Of a stretch of 64,000 bases of DNA, positions 38,730-48,794 are shown in pieces. Under the pieces are notes generated by a model. The model saw only the letters and a list, made by a program, of their open reading frames with translations. It made no database searches and had not been told where the DNA came from. Source of the DNA: a virus. Lineage: Duplodnaviria; Caudoviricetes. The DNA is taken from IMG/VR virus record IMGVR_UViG_3300031673_000017, positions 1-64,000 of that record, one strand, 5' to 3'. Position numbers and translations under genes: made by a program. How positions within the stretch are numbered: position 1 is the first letter of the stretch; each line of letters starts with the position of its first letter.

Positions 38730-38996
38730 TTATTTTCTTGAGCACTTCTCTTTATCTTCTTTGTACTCTTCCCTTTCTTCTTCGCTGAGTTGTGCTAAGA
38801 AGTCGTAACCAAATTTTGTTCCATATTCTTCAGCACCAATGCTGCGTGTATCTGCTTCAATATCGATAATAGGTATTTCTTCTAAGTCCATCGTGTTTAA
38901 TTTTTGTTTTACGAATTTACGAACTCTACGATGGGCTTTACTTTTATCAATGCTATTAGTCATAACATGCATTGGGAATCTTCTACTTCTGCTCAT
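38730..38996 (-). CDS. Small hypothetical protein with a basic N-terminus and an acidic C-terminus
   Basis: MSRSRRFPMHVM...KAHRRVRKFVKQKL...; track ORF. Confidence 0.55.
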   Translation of the reverse strand: MSRSRRFPMHVMTNSIDKSKAHRRVRKFVKQKLNTMDLEEIPIIDIEADTRSIGAEEYGTKFGYDFLAQLSEEEREEYKEDKEKCSRK

Positions 38997-39121
38997 TATT
39001 TTCCTCTTTTAGCTTTGCCCGTGCTTTACATGCTATACACATACGCTTTGTTGGCTGATGTATCTCACAGCCACAACACTGATATGCTACTATCGGATTG
39101 TCGTAGTTTTTAACTTTCATG

Positions 39122-40474
39122 TTAAACATCATGACTTGAAAACGTTGCACCACCACCAAATGGATATTCGCGAAACATTTTATATCCCCATCCATCTGAT
39201 ATATGGGTTAATAAACTTTTAATATCTGACTTTTGAATAGAGCCATCATCGTCGCAAGTAACGCCTTCAAAATCTCGTATAAGAAACTTACATTTTTTAT
39301 CGATAATCGTTCCGATGTAACCATCAGCCGCTATGAGCCTACTATTAACTGAATTAATTCTTACACGAACCAGCGGATTTGATTTCTTGTATTTCTTTTC
39401 GCAATTCCATATACTATTAAACTTAGCATCTATGATGTCCCAATCGCTTCCTCTTACTGCTGAGCTTTGCTTAGCTCCACCAGTAGCATCCCCATAAAGA
39501 CGGACATAACCTCTATGTATTTTAGACCATCGCTCTATTAATAAATCGCAAAGCTTTTCTGTATTGCTATCTTGCTGTAAAAATATTTCGTCGATAGCAC
39601 AACTTACTAATCCACGATTCTCTCCTTGATTACGCTTTATTAACCATTTAGGTGCTGGAAGTTCTTGTGATATTACACAGTTTCCTGGAACTCTATTAAA
39701 GTCAAAACAAAAGTCTAATGGATAACTTGGATTGTATAACACCCTTTCGTCTTTTGGAGGACAATTTAATTCATTATTGAACGCATAATATGTTCGGCCT
39801 TTAAATGAAACAAACTCACCGCCATACTCTTGGTTATAAGTTAATGTATCAGAGTCTGCACGAGCTTTTTCTGCTTCTTCTGGATTTATTTCATTAGTAT
39901 GCCATGAGAAAATGTCCCAGTCTTCTTTATCTTTTACATCTTCCGCAAGTTGGAAGTAATGATTTCTACCTTCTGGAACTCCAATTAAATCAGCCCATCC
40001 AGGACGACCTAATGTTGATAATGCTGGTCTTATGTTTTGTCCCCATACTGTTGGCTTAAAGTTTCCAAACTCGTCACCAACAAATCCATCTAATGGTGGG
40101 CCTTCTATTCTTTCTGGTTTATCAAGCCCAAGAACTTCAATAGTAGAGCCATTAAACAGTTTTACTTTTCGAAATGAAATTGATATAGAGCGAAGGCCAT
40201 CATACAATGCCCATCTCGGAACCATTGCAATAGTATCATCCCAGAAAATATCGACAGCTTGGCGATGTGTAGGAGCACCAAATACAAATCGGCCTTGTGG
40301 TAGTTGAAACTCAAAAGCTCTTATAATTAATCTTCGCTTTGCAATTTCTGTCTTACCACCACGTCTTCCAGCATGAGCAATATTAAATCTTGTTTGTGAT
40401 TTAACATATCGTTGCTGTTCAGCATGGTCTTTTAATGGAGTCCATCGAGGTGTGATTGCTTCAGTTACTAACAT
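39122..40474 (-). CDS. terL: Terminase large subunit
   Basis: Walker A AHAGRRGGKTE, Walker B LDGFVGDEFG, LIGVPEGRNHYF, nuclease DFCFDFN...YGDATG...HISDGWGY. Confidence 0.92.
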   Translation of the reverse strand: MLVTEAITPRWTPLKDHAEQQRYVKSQTRFNIAHAGRRGGKTEIAKRRLIIRAFEFQLPQGRFVFGAPTHRQAVDIFWDDTIAMVPRWALYDGLRSISISFRKVKLFNGSTIEVLGLDKPERIEGPPLDGFVGDEFGNFKPTVWGQNIRPALSTLGRPGWADLIGVPEGRNHYFQLAEDVKDKEDWDIFSWHTNEINPEEAEKARADSDTLTYNQEYGGEFVSFKGRTYYAFNNELNCPPKDERVLYNPSYPLDFCFDFNRVPGNCVISQELPAPKWLIKRNQGENRGLVSCAIDEIFLQQDSNTEKLCDLLIERWSKIHRGYVRLYGDATGGAKQSSAVRGSDWDIIDAKFNSIWNCEKKYKKSNPLVRVRINSVNSRLIAADGYIGTIIDKKCKFLIRDFEGVTCDDDGSIQKSDIKSLLTHISDGWGYKMFREYPFGGGATFSSHDV

Positions 40475-40650
40475 TAATTAAGATCTCAAACGAACTCGTA
40501 TTGGTAAATTTAAAATATACCATAAGCGTTTAATTAATGACTTCTTTTTGTTTTTTAGGTTTGATATTTTATAAGCGGTGTTTTGTGTTAATTGTCCTTT
40601 GCCCGCCATTGATACTTCTGCCATCTTATATCCTCGCTCATTTATTTATA

Positions 40651-41310
40651 TTATTCGCCGTAGTCACATTCATCGTCTAATCGATCCCTGTCACTTTGTA
40701 TAGATTTTTCTGCTTCTTCTATTTCTATTTTTAATCGCTTAGCACGAGCTAATTTTAAATCATTTTCTACTTGTTTTTCTTCTTCTGCTGAATTTTCATT
40801 TTTATCTGAATTTTCAACATTCTCAGTATCTTTTGGTATTTCTTTAGATTCTTCTACCTTTTGTTCATTCTTTGCAAAACATGTTCCATCTGTCTTTTCG
40901 CGTGCATTAATTAAAAACTCACGAATTAATGTAGCACGCTCTTCGAGACTTTCAGTTTCAGCCACATTAGCTAAGCCTAAAAGGTGTGTTAGCTGTGCAT
41001 CTGCTGATAAGATGTTTTTTGTTTTTTCATTAGGATTCGCCATTAATCGACGAAGACGCATTATGCTCTCTGCAATATAATTCCCTTTCTCGATCTGTTG
41101 AGCAAGTTTATATAACTTCTTAAGTGCTTTTACTCTTATTTTTCCACAAGTTATATAATCTATTCTCGGAAAGTAAACATCGAGCATCTTATTTATTTCT
41201 GTTAAACTGTATCCAAATGCCCACTTCTCAGCGTAGAACTCTACTGCTTCTTCTAAATTAGCAATATCTGTCCATCCGTAATATGACTTTTCTTTTCCTT
41301 TGTTTGCCAT
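40651..41310 (-). CDS. Candidate terminase small subunit
   Basis: Position upstream of terL; helical N-terminal domain, ILSADAQLTHLLGL oligomerisation-like segment, charged tail. Confidence 0.45.
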   Translation of the reverse strand: MANKGKEKSYYGWTDIANLEEAVEFYAEKWAFGYSLTEINKMLDVYFPRIDYITCGKIRVKALKKLYKLAQQIEKGNYIAESIMRLRRLMANPNEKTKNILSADAQLTHLLGLANVAETESLEERATLIREFLINAREKTDGTCFAKNEQKVEESKEIPKDTENVENSDKNENSAEEEKQVENDLKLARAKRLKIEIEEAEKSIQSDRDRLDDECDYGE

Positions 41311-41318
41311 AGTTTCTC

Positions 41319-41984
41319 TTAATCATCATTTGTTGTTTCAAATTCGAGCCTTGCGAGTTGTTCGTTCAATACTAATATTTCACGCATATTTTTTGTTTTT
41401 GCTAATTTTATCTTCAATTGCTCTTTCAGCTCAATTTTATCTAATGAATTTATAAATGTATTATCTTCCATTGTTGCTGATCTGATTTCTTCAACTTCAT
41501 CAATATATTCATTTAAACTTAGATACTCCCTTGGATCTAATGCACGGTCAAAAAAATTAACGACATACGTAGAAATTCCTAATAGTTTAGCTAATTCATT
41601 ATCAGACATCTTTCGACCACGTTCTTTATAATGCGTATCTCGTGGTTTTAAGATTTTATTGATTAAACTTTCAGGTGTATTGATAATAACACTTCTGTGT
41701 TTTGCATGAAATAATTCATCTTTTACAACTCTCCGCAAATGTGCCTTAAAAGAATGCTCTGGCCCAGAACGATCTCTCTTAAACCATGAATGTACTGCTA
41801 AGACTAAAGCAAAATTCGCTATAGCCCTAATATCATCGTCGATAACATTGCCAATACTGATAAAGCTATTTAAACATTTCAATATAGCTGGAATTAGTTT
41901 TATATTATCTTCAACAAATTGTTTTTCTGCAGACGATAATTTCCAATTTCTTTTACCCATAATGCACGCCTTGCTATTATACAC
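41319..41984 (-). CDS. Sigma70-family RNA polymerase sigma factor-like protein (regions 2-3; region 4 apparently missing)
   Basis: VEDNIKLIPAILK...DIRAIANFALVLAVHSW...SFKAHLRRVVKDELF...INTP...SDNELAKLLGIS...YLSLNEYI. Confidence 0.65.
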   Translation of the reverse strand: MYNSKACIMGKRNWKLSSAEKQFVEDNIKLIPAILKCLNSFISIGNVIDDDIRAIANFALVLAVHSWFKRDRSGPEHSFKAHLRRVVKDELFHAKHRSVIINTPESLINKILKPRDTHYKERGRKMSDNELAKLLGISTYVVNFFDRALDPREYLSLNEYIDEVEEIRSATMEDNTFINSLDKIELKEQLKIKLAKTKNMREILVLNEQLARLEFETTNDD

Positions 41985-42198
41985 ACGTCCAAATTTTCGG
42001 AAAAAACGAGATAAATCTTTTCATTTTGTGAAAATTTATTTTATGCATCGTAAGTGTAGTGTTTATAGAGACTTACAACAACAGAAATTTCGCCTGTAAA
42101 GAACTCTTCTTGGACAATAAATCTGGCTACCAGCTATATTGGGCTAATAACAGCGATTTCTAAATAACAGCAGGTTTTCACAACTTAAATTAAAGTTT

Positions 42199-42564
42199 TC
42201 AATAGTTCCAATCATCATCATCAGAAATTTCACCATCATAAATTTCATCGTCAACATATTCATCTGAACACTCATCACAATCTGTATCGCCAGAAAAATC
42301 TTCTGGATAATAGTAATCATCTTCGTCTTCCAAGTCAATTTCTTCATCATTTAATTCTGCAAGCTCTGCTTCGAATGCATCTTTTCCATCAGAATTTAAT
42401 AATTCTCCCTCTATCCATTCCATAGCACGAGGATGGCAATCAACCGCACCATCTAATTCGTTATTTAAAGCTTTTTCTACTGTGTCCTTCCAAAACTGGA
42501 AGTATCTTTTAAATTCTGCTTGATTTAAACCAGAATTGTTAAAACAATCACTACACTTACTCAT
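42199..42564 (-). CDS. Hypothetical protein with a very acidic C-terminus
   Basis: Track ORF with SD GAGAGGA; D/E-rich tail. Confidence 0.6.
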   Translation of the reverse strand: MSKCSDCFNNSGLNQAEFKRYFQFWKDTVEKALNNELDGAVDCHPRAMEWIEGELLNSDGKDAFEAELAELNDEEIDLEDEDDYYYPEDFSGDTDCDECSDEYVDDEIYDGEISDDDDWNY

Positions 42565-42597
42565 TTTATGTCCTCTCGTTTTAAATTAACATAAGCG

Positions 42598-42650
42598 ATT
42601 TGTCTACATACATATAGACAAATTTTGAAATAAGTCCACATATATGTGGA
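42598..42650. promoter_or_regulatory. Two adjacent inverted repeats (operator-like)
   Basis: ATTTGTCTA-N8-TAGACAAAT (42598-42623) and the perfect 16-bp palindrome TCCACATATATGTGGA (42635-42650). Confidence 0.6.
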
Positions 42651-42900
42651 TAAATCATCCATTCTTAAGAAAGTAGATTATTTCTTGCTCTTCAATGTGT
42701 TTTCTAAATGGGCAGACTTGACAAATCTTAGCTTTCTTTCTTCTTTGAATTCTACAGTTTCTATAGAACCAGCTTTTAAAATCTATTTTTATGTCTTTCA
42801 TATTTCGTTTCTCGTTTTACTTTCATTTCTTATTTTACTTTTTATATTAGATATTAGATATTTTATATGTTTTCCAAAAGATTCACGCTACTTTTAAAAC

Positions 42901-43476
42901 AAAATGGGAATGATTTGGGAATGGATTAATTTTTAACTCGCGAAGGCTTAGATTATCGACGCTCGTTTTCTATAAATTTCATAAATTTTTTATAAATCAA
43001 AATATGTCTTGATCGGTACACGTGGTATTTTCTGCAAAATCTATTATCCTTCTAATTAAAATATGTGTTTTTACCACGTCGTATGATCAGTTAAATTCTG
43101 CTTTTCATTCCTTGTTTTGGGTTTGCCCGACTCCACTCCCTCTAATTTTCCCATCCATTCCCAAATCATTCCCAAATCATTCCCATTTCATGCAGCCATT
43201 TGGGAATGGATTATCGCGTGTTTTACTATCGCCAATTGCGTTTTCACCTATCCATTCCCACATTCCCATTTGTGGACTACATCATGGTGTACAATGGGAT
43301 ATTATTCAAACAACTGAAAACAAGATGATCACAGTGTGATCGCTATTGATCTGGTTTTAATTTGGGAATGTGGGAATGGATCGAGAAAATCGCAACGGAC
43401 GTAGCAAAAAATCGCGATAATCCATTCCCATATTACCTATTAAAATGGGAATGATTCGGGAATGAAATGGGAATGG
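42901..43476. repeat. GGGAAT-repeat region containing a ~320-bp imperfect palindrome (candidate replication origin)
   Basis: 14 GGGAAT/ATTCCC hexamers; three nested inverted block pairs share one axis at 43315/43316. Confidence 0.85.
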
Positions 43477-45768
43477 CTAAAACTCATCACCCTGTACCTG
43501 GTTTATCGCTGAAATTATACCAGAAGTTCCTTTTTTTCGCAGTCCAATCCAACATTTTACAGTTTTCCATCCATCTATTCCAGTTTTTGTATTTGAAATT
43601 TTCAAACATACAGTTCCACGACTAATTCCATCTATAGATTCCAATGCCATGTAAAATTTTGATAATGAAAGTGGTGTTATCCCTTCTACTTCACAATATT
43701 TATTATAATAAGTTTTAACATCCTCAAGACAAGTATTCCATTTAATATTATCATCTGCTGAATTTATATCAAAATATGTTCTCGCAAATTCTTTAACTGG
43801 ATTTCCACCGCCTTCAAACCGTTTTCTTATTTCATACGATGATTTTGGCTCTATAAATCCACATTGTTCAGCAAGTTTATTACCAGCATCTAATGCTTTA
43901 TTAAATAATCCAGCAAGTTCTGGCAGCCAAGTAGCTAAAATGTCAGGAATCATGTCGACACCACGCACATAAGTGTGTGGAAAATTAAGAAACTTAAATC
44001 TATTTGATAGAGCATTTGAAAACTCCTGGATTTCAGGCGGCTGATTTCCAGCTATAATTATCTGGCATGCAAGTTTTCTACTCCAAATCTCTCCATTTTT
44101 CTTTTCTATTCTAATTGGAATTCCACATGGAATGCTTTTTAGATTTTCAACAATACTTCCATCTTGTAAATCTCTTTTTGTAAGATTTAAATCATCGCTT
44201 ATTAATAATTTAGCGTTTCTGGCTCGATATAATTCAAATGGCCGCCCAATTTTGCTTAGACTCAATGCTTCACAATTATCATACCCAATAAAATGACGCA
44301 TTAACTCTAATATTTGGGTTTTTCCAGAATCTGATTCACCAATCATACAAAGAACAGATTTATATATAAATGTGTTTTTCATATAGTAATTAAGAAACTG
44401 GAGTAGCATGTCAATGGACTCATTATCATTATTCCATTGATTAGCAAATGCTTTATCTATTTTTGGACATTTTGCACTTTCATCATAATCGAATGGTAAA
44501 GCGTTCATTGCAATACAAGCATCCATATTTCTTGGAAATACGCAGCGTTCTGGAACATAAAAATTTGTGCTTTTCAATAAAACAATATCTGCAGGCTCAT
44601 ACTGCTGCAATTTTGTTGACATGTGGAATGGATTAAAAATTGGCATTGATGGATGTTCTAAAATATCTAAATCTATCTTTAATTCTCCAGATTTTAATAT
44701 CATTTCTGTAAGACTTGGTGTAGGTTTAAATAATTCTTGACCATCTTTAGATTTCTTATTAAAACTTAAACCAAAGAATTCTGTCATACTATTTAATAGC
44801 CTATTCTTAGATACTATTTTAAATAATAGTGTTTTCATATCGCCTTTAAGCCAATCACCATCATAAAAATGAAGTGGACCTTCCTCTGGTGGATGATAAG
44901 TCTCATACCATTCTTCAAATGCAGGACGTGGATCATAATGTTCAAATGATAAACCAGTTACTTTTCCATCTTTTATTTGTTGTCGAACGGATGCAAGTGG
45001 GAACCACTCTTCTGATTTTTGCACTAATTCTAAAAGTTGTTCTATAGTTCCACCAGCTTCGATCCAATCAGTAACATCTCCGCCTTTTTTCAAATTCGGT
45101 AATAATAATATTTTTACACTTGAGCTTTTGCCATATCTGTCATGAGCGGCAAGAAGTGCTTTTGTTTCGCCACCTGGGTCATTGTCTTGTAACACAACAA
45201 CAGGTCTATGATCTAATGGAGTTGTATCTGTTTCTCCCCAGTTGTTCCACAGTGCTGAAGTTGCCGTCAGCCCTTTATATTTAAGATTACGGGCATCTTT
45301 AGAACCTTCACATAAGAATATAATATCACTTTCTTTTGTTTGTGCTACATCATATAAATTATAGAGAATTAAGCCTATGCCTTTTACATCCCATATCCAT
45401 TCCTCTTTCTTTTTACCTGGACGCCTAACTCTAAATCTATTTAGTGCTGTTTTATCATATTTAACTTCTTGGAATAGAAGATCGGCGTCTAAGTTTATGA
45501 AATCGAAAAGAGCTACTATTTTTGGTGTTGGGTATAAATCAGCAAGTTTAATTCCGATAGATGCACAAATATCTGAGCATGCACAGCCAGCATGGCAATG
45601 TAGTGTAATTTTACCATCATCTTCTAATTTTATCCATAGACTCAGCCGTGCATCCCCATGGCATGGGCACAAACCCATAAAGGAATGTTCTCCTTTTTCT
45701 TCCTTGCCTTGTATCTTCTTAACAACAGCATCAAAACGTTTAATATCTTCAGGCTTAATCATAATCAT
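43477..45768 (-). CDS. Primase-helicase (Zn finger, TOPRIM, P4/D5-type SF3 helicase)
   Basis: GLCPCHGD...LHCHAGC; FLCEGSKD...LQDNDPGG; IGESDSGKTQI (Walker A), LLISDD (Walker B), IIIAGN. Confidence 0.9.
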   Translation of the reverse strand: MIMIKPEDIKRFDAVVKKIQGKEEKGEHSFMGLCPCHGDARLSLWIKLEDDGKITLHCHAGCACSDICASIGIKLADLYPTPKIVALFDFINLDADLLFQEVKYDKTALNRFRVRRPGKKKEEWIWDVKGIGLILYNLYDVAQTKESDIIFLCEGSKDARNLKYKGLTATSALWNNWGETDTTPLDHRPVVVLQDNDPGGETKALLAAHDRYGKSSSVKILLLPNLKKGGDVTDWIEAGGTIEQLLELVQKSEEWFPLASVRQQIKDGKVTGLSFEHYDPRPAFEEWYETYHPPEEGPLHFYDGDWLKGDMKTLLFKIVSKNRLLNSMTEFFGLSFNKKSKDGQELFKPTPSLTEMILKSGELKIDLDILEHPSMPIFNPFHMSTKLQQYEPADIVLLKSTNFYVPERCVFPRNMDACIAMNALPFDYDESAKCPKIDKAFANQWNNDNESIDMLLQFLNYYMKNTFIYKSVLCMIGESDSGKTQILELMRHFIGYDNCEALSLSKIGRPFELYRARNAKLLISDDLNLTKRDLQDGSIVENLKSIPCGIPIRIEKKNGEIWSRKLACQIIIAGNQPPEIQEFSNALSNRFKFLNFPHTYVRGVDMIPDILATWLPELAGLFNKALDAGNKLAEQCGFIEPKSSYEIRKRFEGGGNPVKEFARTYFDINSADDNIKWNTCLEDVKTYYNKYCEVEGITPLSLSKFYMALESIDGISRGTVCLKISNTKTGIDGWKTVKCWIGLRKKGTSGIISAINQVQGDEF

Positions 45769-45813
45769 CCAATATAATCTAAGTCGTTATCGTTTAATAC
45801 TCTCAATTATAAA

Positions 45814-46317
45814 CTATTCATTAACTACACCATTATTATCACCGTAATTCTTTAATTGGTAGCACATTTCATCATACGCATTTTCTCTTGTGACTTGTGC
45901 TGGGTCATCTTTTAATCTATCAGAAAAATGCTCTCGTGTTTCTACGTTAAGATGTAATTCATTAACAATTGTTTTGTAGATGTTCTCCCATATAGCAGCT
46001 ATGTTTTTGTCTGGATGCGTATATCCAATGACTTCAGAAGCATGCATAAGATGGGCAACGAAATGAATCGGGCAGTGGTCTATATGATCATCAACAAACG
46101 ATACACACGCATTCATTAAATTTTCTGGATTCGGACGACGAGCGTTAAACGAGCCTTTTGTCATTGCTGACTTAATGCAAGCAGAGCGAATGCCTCTTAC
46201 GAGAACTTTCGCAGGGCCTTCTGATAGAATGCCATCGCAATTTCTAATACAACTAATTAAAACACCTTGTTGCATCCATTGCAAATCATTAAACCATCTC
46301 TTAAGTGAACTACTCAT
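45814..46317 (-). CDS. Conserved phage hypothetical protein
   Basis: QQGVLISCIRNCDG...HFVAHLMHASEVIGYTHP...LHLNVET. Confidence 0.55.
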   Translation of the reverse strand: MSSSLKRWFNDLQWMQQGVLISCIRNCDGILSEGPAKVLVRGIRSACIKSAMTKGSFNARRPNPENLMNACVSFVDDHIDHCPIHFVAHLMHASEVIGYTHPDKNIAAIWENIYKTIVNELHLNVETREHFSDRLKDDPAQVTRENAYDEMCYQLKNYGDNNGVVNE

Positions 46318-46319
46318 AA

Positions 46320-46754
46320 TTATAATACTCCATCTTTCTGAATAATAACAGGAAATTTAATACTCTTTGCCAGACAAATTTCAATCATCAATTTACAATT
46401 AACCATCATCTCTTCAGGAAGACTATCGACGTGCCACGCTTGTAGCACTTCATCTTCTACTTGAGTAAATGGAATATATGCATCTTTACAAAAAGCACGA
46501 TATATAAACACAGTTCCACCATCACACAACATCGTTATTACATGTTCAAAACCAGCACCGTCCATTTTTGTTTCTTCGCAACATTCACGAACTATAGCTT
46601 CGTTAGGCGTCTCACTTAAACCGCCTAATTTATCGCCAACTTTTCCACCTATGCCATTCCAATGTCCAGCCTGCCACTCTGGTCGTTTCTTTTGAATTAA
46701 TAAAACCTCGTCGCGATGCCTATTAAATATAAATCCTAACACGTAATGTTTCAT
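46320..46754 (-). CDS. Nudix hydrolase
   Basis: VLLIQKKRPEWQAGHWNGIGGKV...ETPNEAIVRECCEET. Confidence 0.88.
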   Translation of the reverse strand: MKHYVLGFIFNRHRDEVLLIQKKRPEWQAGHWNGIGGKVGDKLGGLSETPNEAIVRECCEETKMDGAGFEHVITMLCDGGTVFIYRAFCKDAYIPFTQVEDEVLQAWHVDSLPEEMMVNCKLMIEICLAKSIKFPVIIQKDGVL

Positions 46755-46991
46755 TTAATATTCCTTCTTATATATAAAAATTTTAAGTGGCTGCAATGGC
46801 TCATTAAAAGTTAACAAAGACAAGCCTATGTTGAATCCGAATAAAATTTTAATTCTTTCTTTTAAAGTAGGTTTCCAAACAGAAATAATTTCTCCTTTAT
46901 GCCCTATAATTTTTTTAACAGGCAATGGTATATATTCAGGCTGATCTTTAGCAAATATACAGTTATAACCTTTAAATTTTATTGGTTTCAT
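46755..46991 (-). CDS. Conserved phage hypothetical protein
   Basis: MKPIKF...FAKDQPEYIPLP...ISVWKPTLKERIKILF. Confidence 0.6.
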   Translation of the reverse strand: MKPIKFKGYNCIFAKDQPEYIPLPVKKIIGHKGEIISVWKPTLKERIKILFGFNIGLSLLTFNEPLQPLKIFIYKKEY

Positions 46992-46992
46992 T

Positions 46993-47481
46993 TTATAACC
47001 CTTTCATTGGTTTTGAAACAATTGGCTTAGGAGTTTCATAATAAACTATAAACGTCGGCTTCTTAGCTTTCTTAGCCTTATTAATAGTGTCTTCAGTTCC
47101 ACGAGATTTACCATCCCAGAAAGCGAGCACCACGTCACAAGCATCAACTATTAACTGGTTTCTTATAAATCCTGCAGCCTTTCCATGAGCATCCCAATCA
47201 GGCTTAAAAATAGTCGGTTCAGTGAGTTCCCATACACTTGCAAATGTAGCACCTAATCTATCTGCACCTTTGGCACCACCAGATATAATTTCAACATCAG
47301 GAATAGCAAATTCATCGTTTTGATTCGATCTCATAAACATCGCTATATATTCTGCCATAAGATCTATATCATTAAAATCTCTTCCACCTACAATTGCTAA
47401 TTTCATCTTATACTTCCTTATTTTATTACAACATTTCATCACCCTCTCATCATCTCCTATCATATCACTATACTTTCCCAT
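46993..47481 (-). CDS. SLOG-superfamily (DUF2493/YspA-like) protein
   Basis: LAIVGGRDFND...IISGGAKGAD...DWDAHGKAAGFIRNQLIVD...AFWDGKSRGT. Confidence 0.85.
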   Translation of the reverse strand: MGKYSDMIGDDERVMKCCNKIRKYKMKLAIVGGRDFNDIDLMAEYIAMFMRSNQNDEFAIPDVEIISGGAKGADRLGATFASVWELTEPTIFKPDWDAHGKAAGFIRNQLIVDACDVVLAFWDGKSRGTEDTINKAKKAKKPTFIVYYETPKPIVSKPMKGL

Positions 47482-47509
47482 ATTAACAGCCTTTCAATAT
47501 TAATTTAAT

Positions 47510-48769
47510 TTAACCATAAACCCAAGCAATCCAATCAGAATAGCCCATCGGCGTTCGTTTCATAGCACATTCAGCATCGAGGTAGAGTCGATAGTCGAAC
47601 GCCTTTTTTAACTCGATGAACTTCTTTCTTTCATCTTGGTAACACTTCCGACAATACTCTGGTGCCCAATCTTTATCTGCTAACAATGTTATAGATGGAA
47701 CTTTTAATAAGTTCGCTTCTCTTAATTTTAAGCACGAGCCACATTTATCTGACATGCTCATATTTAAATCCATTTCATCAAGCACTTCTTTAACAGCAGG
47801 TATATTCCATACACCACTCCAAGCAATATTCGAATGACATTTTGCTCCAGGAACTTCGCAATTACATATAGCTTTCGGCTCATCAAGCATCGTTCTATCA
47901 ACGTTCGAATCCATCAGACCACCGTTATTCTTAAAATCTTCATCTACCAACTTTTGTCGTTCTTCTCCCATAGCTTCAGCTTTTAATAATTCATTAAATT
48001 CATCGTAAGTAATTTTTGGTTGAGCAAGCCAAGGAGCACAAACTATCCCATCATCTTCATTTATTTCTGTCATCATCTTTTCGATGTCATCTTCATTTTT
48101 CATAGTATTTAATTTATCTAATTCTTTCTTCAAATATTCAGTATCCATAATCACACCGTCGATTCTACCATCAGGCATCTCTTTAATATTAGCAACATCA
48201 AAACCAGCAATGCATCTAAAGTTTGCGATAGTTCGTCCATCTTTTGTTTGTAAAGTATATCCAGTTTTATATTTAGCCCATTGGATAATGCCAGTTAATT
48301 CTTCTGCATCATTGCCTCGCGTTTCAATTTTACATCTCATAGTATCGCCAGAATGAATATCATTGCCGTCTCTATCACAAAGGCCTATGAATTTTCGTTC
48401 GTCAAAATCAAGTAATAACTCTTCTTTTAATCTCAAATATTTTCTGTTGAGGTCGTATTTTATATTTACTAATTTATTGAAATTATTAGTTATATTGGAA
48501 AGTTGTTGGTTAAGGACTTCATTGCTACATTTTACTAAAGTAAGCCCTTTTTTCATATAGTTATTCTCTTCTGTAAGATTGTACCATTCACCAGCATCTT
48601 TAAGGCGTAGATTCGTTAATGCACTTTCAAGTTGTTTAACTTTTAATTTTAGTCCAGCTTTTTCGTTCATATCATGGCTCAAAGCAACATTAGAGGCCAT
48701 TAAACTATCTAATTGTTTCTTTTTACCAAAAATACGGCTGTTAATTAATATTCTAAATAATTTTCTCAT
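47510..48769 (-). CDS. Hypothetical coiled-coil protein with a central YopX-like segment
   Basis: FIGLCDRDGNDIHSGDTM...GIIQW...; N-terminal coiled coil; C-terminal Cys pairs. Confidence 0.5.
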   Translation of the reverse strand: MRKLFRILINSRIFGKKKQLDSLMASNVALSHDMNEKAGLKLKVKQLESALTNLRLKDAGEWYNLTEENNYMKKGLTLVKCSNEVLNQQLSNITNNFNKLVNIKYDLNRKYLRLKEELLLDFDERKFIGLCDRDGNDIHSGDTMRCKIETRGNDAEELTGIIQWAKYKTGYTLQTKDGRTIANFRCIAGFDVANIKEMPDGRIDGVIMDTEYLKKELDKLNTMKNEDDIEKMMTEINEDDGIVCAPWLAQPKITYDEFNELLKAEAMGEERQKLVDEDFKNNGGLMDSNVDRTMLDEPKAICNCEVPGAKCHSNIAWSGVWNIPAVKEVLDEMDLNMSMSDKCGSCLKLREANLLKVPSITLLADKDWAPEYCRKCYQDERKKFIELKKAFDYRLYLDAECAMKRTPMGYSDWIAWVYG

Positions 48770-48794
48770 TTTCTCATTTTCTCCTCAATTACAT

